Of a stretch of 64,000 nucleotides of DNA, positions 57,444 to 64,000 are shown in pieces. Every line of letters starts with the position of its first letter. Position 1 is the first letter of the stretch. Source of the DNA: Candidatus Parvarchaeota archaeon (GTDB lineage Archaea > Nanobdellota > Nanobdellia > JAFCGN01); contig JAFCEQ010000001.1 of assembly GCA_017609105.1 (NCBI GenBank), positions 47,407 to 111,406 of the forward strand, given 5' to 3'. The position numbers and the translations under genes are program-made. The notes beneath the pieces were generated by a model, which saw nothing but the letters and a program-made list of their open reading frames with translations, ran no database searches and was not told the origin of the DNA.

Positions 57444-57554
57444 ATTAATAATTTGTAAAGAATAATAAATTAGTTAATAATCATAGTATTTTAAAAAAAT
57501 ATCCCACGATATTTTTTCACAAAAAAAAATAATTGACTTTTTAATCCTTCTTTT

Positions 57555-58970
57555 TTAGTTTTCATTTTTTTTGCGAGCAATTAAGGTAACCATATTTGAT
57601 TTTCTTAAATAAGTTCCTGTTTTGTCTTTAACAAAAACTTGTGTTGATGGGAAAACAATAGTTCCAATTATGTTCATCGTGCTTTGTATCTTATATGATA
57701 AGTGGATTTCTTCTCTTGGATTCAAGTTCTCTAAATTCCATATTAATCTCTTGGTTTGCCCAACACTCTTGAGTTCTGGTTTTAAGGAACCAAAGGAGTG
57801 TATTTTTTTGACAAAGGAAGGAATTCTTTCCACAACTTTTATTTTTTTTAATTTTGTTGTTCCAACATTCCTAATAATAATGCTTACAGTAGCTTCTAAT
57901 TCTTTATCTTCCTGCTTGTAATGTTTTATTGTTTTTGTTACACTCACTTTTCTTGTATTAAGGACTAAAACCCATAGAATTCCTAAGATTAAGAAAGGAA
58001 GAAGTAATAAAGGCACATAAGTTATTGAATAAGAGTAAGTTATTTGAGAGTATTGAATTTCATTGTTCTTGATTTCAGACGGAGGTAATGAATTAATACT
58101 CCACACTAATGATGTGCCTTCTTTTTTTGAGCCTCCTCCATCAACAACTAAAAGAGATTCTAAGAAGGAAAGTTCTTGTTTTAAATCATAATTTTCTAAA
58201 CTTTTTGTGCCATTATTTATTAGAATTATGTTAATTGTTTTCCCAAAAATTGTTTCATTCTTTTGAGTTAAGATTACTGGTTCTGAAAAAGGTTCTATTT
58301 CTACATTTCTTATTTCAGAATTAATCGTGCTTCCATAAAGCGTTTCTTTTGTTTCAAGAGTGTATTCTCCAGGCGTGAAAAGGTATGGAAGTGTTAAAGA
58401 GAAAGTGTAATTCTTAGAACCAAGTTCTATTTCAATTTCTCTTTGAAAAGATGTTATGTTCTCATTGTCTTTGTAAAAAGTGATTAACAAGCTTATTGGC
58501 TTTTTTTTATAAGTGTTTGTTATTTCAAAAGTTAGATTAAAAGGTTTTCTTGGATTAATTTTTTGCGGAGCATTAATTACTTTAATCTTAATTAATTCAT
58601 GAAGAGGTAATTCCACATAAGTTTTAAAGGATTTGCTTAAAGAACCTGTGCCGTAATCAAAATAAATAGTGCTTGAATATGTTCCGAGTTTAACATCTCT
58701 TTCATTAACTCCTACCGATAAATTAACTAATTTGTTTCCCCCGCTTTCTAAAAAGAATCTGTAAGGAATAGCAGAATAACTTCCAAAAGATGGAAACATT
58801 AAAATCGTGTAAGTTCTGTTCTGTATTTCCTCGCTCGTTAAGTTTAATAAATAACGTGCTGTTTCTCCTGGAGCAACTCTATCATCAATAGGTATGATAT
58901 CTATTTTTAAACCATAAGAATATGAAAAAAGTGCGAAAAGTATTATAAAACCAATTATTGTTTTTCTCAT
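57555..58970 (-). CDS. Hypothetical surface protein (signal peptide, internal TM anchor)
   Basis: MRKTIIGFIILFALFSYSYG signal, and a TM segment ITYVPLLLLPFLILGILWVLVL near aa 330. Confidence 0.4.
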   Translation of the reverse strand: MRKTIIGFIILFALFSYSYGLKIDIIPIDDRVAPGETARYLLNLTSEEIQNRTYTILMFPSFGSYSAIPYRFFLESGGNKLVNLSVGVNERDVKLGTYSSTIYFDYGTGSLSKSFKTYVELPLHELIKIKVINAPQKINPRKPFNLTFEITNTYKKKPISLLITFYKDNENITSFQREIEIELGSKNYTFSLTLPYLFTPGEYTLETKETLYGSTINSEIRNVEIEPFSEPVILTQKNETIFGKTINIILINNGTKSLENYDLKQELSFLESLLVVDGGGSKKEGTSLVWSINSLPPSEIKNNEIQYSQITYSYSITYVPLLLLPFLILGILWVLVLNTRKVSVTKTIKHYKQEDKELEATVSIIIRNVGTTKLKKIKVVERIPSFVKKIHSFGSLKPELKSVGQTKRLIWNLENLNPREEIHLSYKIQSTMNIIGTIVFPSTQVFVKDKTGTYLRKSNMVTLIARKKNEN

Positions 58971-59032
58971 AATGATAATTCAAATTATTATAATATTAAA
59001 ACTTTTTTGTATCCTGTTTTTTTATTTTATAA

Positions 59033-59605
59033 TTACTTAAAATTTTGTTTTTTTTTCAAAAATTTTGAAAGAAGATTGTCTATTTTCTTATGAAGTTCTA
59101 AAATCGTGCTTTCATTCATTATTTCCGCGCTTGCAAGCGAATAAGTTTCTTTAAGATTAAAAATCTTGTTTTCTTTTTTTTCTTGTTCTAAAAATTCTTC
59201 ATAAGAATTTGGTTTATCCTCCCTTCCTCTTCTCACTAATCTTTCATACCTTATTTTAGAAGAAGCATTAATGAGTATGAGCAGAAAATCTTTGCCAAAA
59301 ACTTGTTGAGGAATTCTTGCTTGATGAGGGTATCTTATGCCATCAATAACTACTTTTTCCCAAGCGTTTTTTTTTATTTTTTCAATAATGCTTTTAATAA
59401 TATAATGAGGGTCTTTTCTTCTTAATTCTGCTTGCACTTTATATGAATTCTCTCTTGTTATCTCCAAGTTTCTTTTTTTTAATTCCTCTCTAATTATGTC
59501 TCCAATAGTGATTATTTTAAACCCGTGTTTTTCTCTTAAATAATTGCTAACCGCTCCTTTCCCACAACCAATTGGTCCGACTAATCCAATAATAATTCTT
59601 CTCAT
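59033..59605 (-). CDS. adk: Adenylate kinase / NMP kinase family protein (short bacterial/eukaryotic-type)
   Basis: P-loop IIIGLVGPIGCGKGAVSNYLREKHGFKIITIGDIIRE (compare IILLGAPGAGKGTQ...ISTGDMLR) and the NMP-binding-like VIDGIRYPHQARIPQ (compare LDGFPRTIPQA). Confidence 0.55.
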   Translation of the reverse strand: MRRIIIGLVGPIGCGKGAVSNYLREKHGFKIITIGDIIREELKKRNLEITRENSYKVQAELRRKDPHYIIKSIIEKIKKNAWEKVVIDGIRYPHQARIPQQVFGKDFLLILINASSKIRYERLVRRGREDKPNSYEEFLEQEKKENKIFNLKETYSLASAEIMNESTILELHKKIDNLLSKFLKKKQNFK

Positions 59606-59661
59606 TTCTTATCTCACAATAAAAAAGAATAATAACAAGTATTAATTATTTTTTATTTAGG

Positions 59662-60069
59662 ATGAGCATTAAATATAAGAAAGATGAAGAAATTAAGAGA
59701 AGAGTAAATCAAATAATTGATATTCTAAATTGGAAGCATATTAAAAAGGAGAACATAATTTGTTTTAAAAGCGAAGGAACTAATAGTAAAAGAGTGATTG
59801 CTAGGTGTTGGGCTTTGCCGAAAATATTTCAACAAGCATTAAATACTGAAGCTCATTATTGTATTGAAGTCTTAAGTGAAAGATTTGATAAATTAAGTGA
59901 AAGTGAAAAAGATAAAGTGTTAATTCATGAATTAATGCATATTCCTAAAACTTTCGGCGGTGGATTAAAACACCATGGTCATGTTAATGCTCAAAACGTG
60001 AACAAAGAATTCCAAAAATATAAATTAAAAAAATCTAAAAAGGATTTGTTGAATTTACTTAAAATTTAA
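59662..60069 (+). CDS. Putative zinc metallopeptidase (HExxH motif)
   Basis: VLIHELMHIPKTFGGGLKHHGH. Confidence 0.35.
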   Translation: MSIKYKKDEEIKRRVNQIIDILNWKHIKKENIICFKSEGTNSKRVIARCWALPKIFQQALNTEAHYCIEVLSERFDKLSESEKDKVLIHELMHIPKTFGGGLKHHGHVNAQNVNKEFQKYKLKKSKKDLLNLLKI

Positions 60070-60174
60070 TGATTTGCTTAAATTAATAATTTAAGTTTAA
60101 TAATCTAAGTTTTATAAAAAAAAGAATGTTTAAAAGAAAATACTTAAAAACAATTTCTTTTTTTTTAAATAAAA

Positions 60175-60954
60175 ATGCCGTTTATTAAAGACACTTACTA
60201 TGAAGTAATTGGCAATGGATTTCCATTAATAATGATTCCGGGTTTAGGAAGTTATTGCGAGCAAGTAAGATTTTTTGCTGAAAAACTAAGCATTGAAGGG
60301 TTTAAAATAATTGTAATTGACTTGCCAGGATATGGTAAGAGCAAAAAAGTTCTAACAAGAAAATCATGGAATAAAAGAATTAATGAAATTATTCAAGCAG
60401 AAAAAATAAATGAATTCGGGATGATTGGGTATAGTAATGGCGGTCTTGTTTGTTTAAAATATTGCGAGAAAATAAGAAATCCAAAATTCCTAATTTTAAT
60501 TTCAACGCCTCTTAATAATTTCGGCAGAGTTGTTTTAACTAATTTAAACTTAGTTAAAAAATTTGTTAAAGATAATAAAACACGTTTTTATTCTTGGGAT
60601 TTATTCTGCGAGTACCGAACAAAAAAGAGTTTCACGCGAGAAGTTAAGAAAAAAGTTTTTGAAAAAAAATTGTTTTACATTAAAAAAACGGGTTTCTTAA
60701 AACAAGTTTATAATATTTGGCTTGCTTTCGGGAATAAACCAAACTTTAATAAAATAAACACGAACACATTACTCATTCACGGAGACAAAGATGTTATGGT
60801 TCCTCAAATTGATTTCATGAGTTTAAGCAAGAAATTAAGAAAGGAATCAAAAAAACATAAAAGAGTTGTTATTCCTGAACAAAATCATTTCGTGCTTTAC
60901 GAAAAACCTGACGAGATTATTGAAGAAATAAAAAAATTTGTTAAAGATTTATAA
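60175..60954 (+). CDS. Alpha/beta-hydrolase fold protein
   Basis: GxSxG nucleophile elbow IGYSNGG, with a C-terminal HGDKD...EQNHFV. Confidence 0.6.
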   Translation: MPFIKDTYYEVIGNGFPLIMIPGLGSYCEQVRFFAEKLSIEGFKIIVIDLPGYGKSKKVLTRKSWNKRINEIIQAEKINEFGMIGYSNGGLVCLKYCEKIRNPKFLILISTPLNNFGRVVLTNLNLVKKFVKDNKTRFYSWDLFCEYRTKKSFTREVKKKVFEKKLFYIKKTGFLKQVYNIWLAFGNKPNFNKINTNTLLIHGDKDVMVPQIDFMSLSKKLRKESKKHKRVVIPEQNHFVLYEKPDEIIEEIKKFVKDL

Positions 60955-60956
60955 AA

Positions 60957-62546
60957 TTAGTATTTTCTGATAAAAAAGATTAATAATCCTATTGACAATG
61001 GTAAAAAAGAGTTTGTTAATAATAACTTAATTTTAGAAAACAAAATGTATTTTGAACCAACGTAAGGATTATAAAAAGATGTAAAATCCATATTATTTTC
61101 TCCCAAGTAATAATTAATGGACATTCCGCATAAAGAACTGTCTTTTTCACAAATAACTCGCATCTTATCCTCTACTTTTCTTGCAAAAGAAAGATAGGTT
61201 TCTTCAAATTCTTCGCGAGAATTATAAATCATTGTGCTCACAAACTCGCACATATCCCCATAATAATTAAAATGAAGTATTACTAAAGGAAACAGTTTTT
61301 CATTCATTATGTTTTCTGTAATGTTTTTTCTTAAATTCTCATCAATCTGATGATTAATAAATAAATTATGTTCAAGCACGTTTATTGAATGATTTAAGTT
61401 ATCATAATTCTCCAAACCCTTAAATTGCTCATAAGATAGTTGCAAACCATTTATTCCTCTTTGAGTGCAAATTACTTTATTAGGCATGACTTCTATGAAA
61501 TCTGATAAAAAAATCATTGGATTAACTGGTTGTGTTATGATTAAAAAATAATATGTTAAGAAAACAAGAGAAAAAGAAGTTGAGATTACAAGCAATTCCT
61601 TTCTATATTTATTAAAAACTTCAAGAAAAGGCAAGAGCAAAGGGAATACTAAATTCAAGTAATAATCAGCACCGTCTTTTGATTGAGATAAAAAGAAAAA
61701 AATAAATGAGAGGAGTATGAAAAAACTTTTTTGCAATTCCTTTTTTGAAGCAATGAATAAACAAGTAATTAAAAGCATTGCAGGAAAAACATAATATGGA
61801 AAAGTGAAAAGAACATGAGTTCTAAAAGGAGTTAATAAATATTTAAAGAATAAGAATTCGCTTTCTGTGTGAGAAAGGAAAATTCTTTTAAAAGATTGTT
61901 TTAATCCGAAATAAGTTAATGGAAGAAAAAAAGTAAATAAGAGAATGAGTGTTTGAACACTTACTTTTTTAATAAATTCTTTAGTTAAAATTTTTTTTAT
62001 CTTAAAATCTTTTTCTTCCCATGCGAAATGAATTATTAATAAAAAAGCAGGAATAATCATTAATTGCTTGCTTAACGCGCTTAAAGCAAAAAACACGGGT
62101 AATAAATATTTATTATTCTTGTTTATAACTCCTAATAAGAAAAAGAAAGCAGATAAAGTTAAAGCCCATTCCACGCCAGGTATTAAAAGCACTAAAAGAT
62201 TTACAAGAAAAAAATGTTTTCTGAGTTTCGGAAAATAATGATAAGTTAGTATGAGCATTAATAAATGAGTGAAAAAATTAAGATAATTCATGAAAGCGCC
62301 TAAATAATTCCATGGAATAATCTTACTGAAAAAAAAGAGTAATAAAAAAGAGAGAGGAGCAGTATCAAAAGATTTTCTATAATAAAGACTCCTATCAGGA
62401 ATGAACTTTACAGATCCAGGCCAAAAATACCTATAACCCCCGTAATATTGAGTGTAAAACAAGATTTTGTAAAGAGGTATGATTAAAATTAAGAAAAGCA
62501 AGTAATACTTTAAGGGGTATTGTTTAAAGAGTTTTATTAAAGACAT
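60957..62546 (-). CDS. Integral membrane protein, multi-pass (possible GT-C-type glycosyltransferase; speculative)
   Basis: About 10 predicted TM helices in the N-terminal 340 aa, then a soluble domain and a terminal TM. Confidence 0.3.
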   Translation of the reverse strand: MSLIKLFKQYPLKYYLLFLILIIPLYKILFYTQYYGGYRYFWPGSVKFIPDRSLYYRKSFDTAPLSFLLLFFFSKIIPWNYLGAFMNYLNFFTHLLMLILTYHYFPKLRKHFFLVNLLVLLIPGVEWALTLSAFFFLLGVINKNNKYLLPVFFALSALSKQLMIIPAFLLIIHFAWEEKDFKIKKILTKEFIKKVSVQTLILLFTFFLPLTYFGLKQSFKRIFLSHTESEFLFFKYLLTPFRTHVLFTFPYYVFPAMLLITCLFIASKKELQKSFFILLSFIFFFLSQSKDGADYYLNLVFPLLLPFLEVFNKYRKELLVISTSFSLVFLTYYFLIITQPVNPMIFLSDFIEVMPNKVICTQRGINGLQLSYEQFKGLENYDNLNHSINVLEHNLFINHQIDENLRKNITENIMNEKLFPLVILHFNYYGDMCEFVSTMIYNSREEFEETYLSFARKVEDKMRVICEKDSSLCGMSINYYLGENNMDFTSFYNPYVGSKYILFSKIKLLLTNSFLPLSIGLLIFFIRKY

Positions 62547-62646
62547 GATGTGAAAAAAAAATGAATTATTAATTTATATATCTTATACGTTTTCTAAAAT
62601 CTTAAATAATAATTCAGTTAATTTGTAAAAAATTATTAAAAGTTAA

Positions 62647-62718
62647 AGCCCCTGACGAGATTTGAACTCGTGACCTCTGCGTTACCAACGCAGCGCTCTA
62701 CCACTGAGCTACAGGAGC
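62647..62718 (-). tRNA. tRNA-Thr (anticodon GGT)
   Basis: Reverse complement GCTCCTGTAGCTCAGTGGTAGAGCGCTGCGTTGGTAACGCAGAGGTCACGAGTTCAAATCTCGTCAGGGGCT, with anticodon loop TTGGTAA. Confidence 0.85.
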
Positions 62719-62763
62719 AATGAGTTTTTTAACATAATTAGCTTTTATTTTAAAAATTTTCTT

Positions 62764-63708
62764 TTAACTATAAATAAGTATTGTTCCCTCACCAGTGCTT
62801 AATTGAGGGTTTCGCCTAATGCCAATAACATAACCATTCACTGGAGAGTATAAAAAAGTTGACTCGCTTGAATAAGGATTATGTATTTCAGCAACAGGTT
62901 CGTTCTTCCTAACTTTTTCTCCTTCCTCTTTTAAGGAAACAAGCAAACCTCCTTTCGTGCTTCTCACATACCACCTGTCTTTTAATAAAATTTGTTGAAA
63001 TGTTTTTTTGAACTCTCCTTCAATCATGTTCAAATAAATCATTGTGTTAATAACTCCTTTAACACCGAGTTCAACGTATTCTTTTTCAAGCCTATTGCCT
63101 TCTCCAATTTCAACACAAATGCCTGGGATTTTTAATTGTTTGCGAGCAGTTGCTAAAAGAGTGAAAATGCCTTTGCGTTGAATAACAAATTTTAATCCGA
63201 ACGCTTTAGCCATATTAATTGCATCAAGATTGCTTGGATCAACTCTCACGTGAGGCGCTAACCTGAATTTAAACCCTCCTGAATGAAAATCAATAAGGTA
63301 ATCAGTTTTTCTTATCACGCTGTTAAACAAAGCATAAGCTATTTGGTAAGTTATTGAATCATTAAGTTTTCCAGGAAAACACCTGTTCAAATCAAGCCCG
63401 TCTAAAGGCGTTTTCCTCACCCTACTATTGAAAGCAAGAGGATTGCATATTGGTAAAAGAACAAGCGTTCCCTTAATATCTTCAGGATTCAGTTTTTGCG
63501 CTAATTGATAACAAACTTCGCTTCCATTAACTTCATCCCCGTGAATAGCAGCTGTTATTGTAAGAATAGGACCTTTTGAACCTCTAATAATTATTATTGG
63601 AACTAATACATCACTATTATCAGGTAATTCCCCAACTTTTAGAGCTGCAAAAATTTTTTGGCGCGGCTGAACTGATATATTATCAAGACGGATTTCTTTT
63701 TTTATCAT
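62764..63708 (-). CDS. Succinylglutamate desuccinylase / aspartoacylase (AstE/AspA, M14-like) family protein
   Basis: TITAAIHGDEVNGSEV zinc-ligand motif, and the size is ~310 aa. Confidence 0.55.
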   Translation of the reverse strand: MIKKEIRLDNISVQPRQKIFAALKVGELPDNSDVLVPIIIIRGSKGPILTITAAIHGDEVNGSEVCYQLAQKLNPEDIKGTLVLLPICNPLAFNSRVRKTPLDGLDLNRCFPGKLNDSITYQIAYALFNSVIRKTDYLIDFHSGGFKFRLAPHVRVDPSNLDAINMAKAFGLKFVIQRKGIFTLLATARKQLKIPGICVEIGEGNRLEKEYVELGVKGVINTMIYLNMIEGEFKKTFQQILLKDRWYVRSTKGGLLVSLKEEGEKVRKNEPVAEIHNPYSSESTFLYSPVNGYVIGIRRNPQLSTGEGTILIYS

Positions 63709-63743
63709 TTCAAATTAATTAAAGAACACTTCTTTTAAATTCA

Positions 63744-64000
63744 TTATTGATTTATAAAATCCAGAATGTCTTTGTAAAACTTTCTTGGCTTTTCAATAGG
63801 TATTACGTGCCAAGCATTCTTATAAATCTTGATTTTATAATTCTTCATTTTTTTTAAATCACTTAATACTAATGACTTATTCACTAAAGGGTCTTTTTCT
63901 CCGAGCAAAACAAGCGATGGTTTTTTGAATTTCTTAAAATCAAGTTTTAATCTGAAATAATTTAACAGAAAAAGTTGTTCAACAATGTTAATAACTTTGT
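63744..64000 (-). CDS. C-terminal fragment of an alpha/beta hydrolase (the 5' end lies beyond the window)
   Basis: Hand translation gives ...PSLVLLGEKDPLVNKSLVLSDLKKMKNYKIKIYKNAWHVIPIEKPRKFYKDILDFINQ*, matching the catalytic-His tail of alpha/beta hydrolases. Confidence 0.45.
   Translation of the reverse strand, partial: KVINIVEQLFLLNYFRLKLDFKKFKKPSLVLLGEKDPLVNKSLVLSDLKKMKNYKIKIYKNAWHVIPIEKPRKFYKDILDFINQ

Overview
This is an AT-rich archaeal chromosomal window (roughly one quarter to one third G+C by eye), and it is dominated by the core information-processing backbone. Archaeal origin is supported by split RNA polymerase genes (rpoH-rpoB''-rpoB'-rpoA'-rpoA''), eL/eS-type ribosomal proteins, EF-2/EF-1alpha, a tRNA-Tyr with a C1-G72 pair and a 47-nt intron, archease-RtcB, Cbf5 and NucS. 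Low G+C, a split rpoB and many ribosomal proteins with long K/E-rich tails hint at a small-genome (DPANN-like?) archaeon; this is inference only.

Most genes lie on the minus strand:
- (i) A partial rpoD follows rps11-rps4-rps13 at 1-2400.
- (ii) A second cluster at 8067-10795 holds rpl14e, cmk, rpl34e, a DUF106/YidC-like insertase and an unrelated ORF sitting where adk is expected.
- (iii) The large ribosomal-protein operon runs from rpl3 through secY (11055-25032) and contains eL19, eL32, SUI1 and the RNase P protein Rpp29.
- (iv) A translation-factor/RNA-polymerase cluster spans 41155-55659: rps10, EF-1alpha, EF-2, rps7, rps12, nusA, rpl30e and the RNA polymerase genes.
- Six tRNAs are present: Ser-TGA, Ser-GGA, Lys-TTT, Tyr-GTA with an intron, Asp-GTC and Thr-GGT.

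The non-core stretches contain the most interesting material:
- A divergent gene pair at 25878-30096 encodes a Cas4-like Fe-S PD-(D/E)xK nuclease fusion and an 838-aa coiled-coil protein with an Mre11/SbcD-like phosphoesterase domain. It has no CRISPR context and may be an undescribed nuclease module.
- A compositionally anomalous (G-rich) nucS/EndoMS gene lies at 39203-39979.
- A short bacterial-type NMP/adenylate kinase sits remote from the canonical adk slot.
- A ~160-nt leader element is duplicated upstream of rpl18 and rpl19e, with degenerate tandem relatives 3' of rpl14e.
- Conserved promoter-proximal motifs are shared between tuf and the Cas4-like gene, and between rps10 and EF-2.
- The EF-2 leader is long and contains a 14-bp inverted repeat.

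No CRISPR array, rRNA or obvious transposase was seen.
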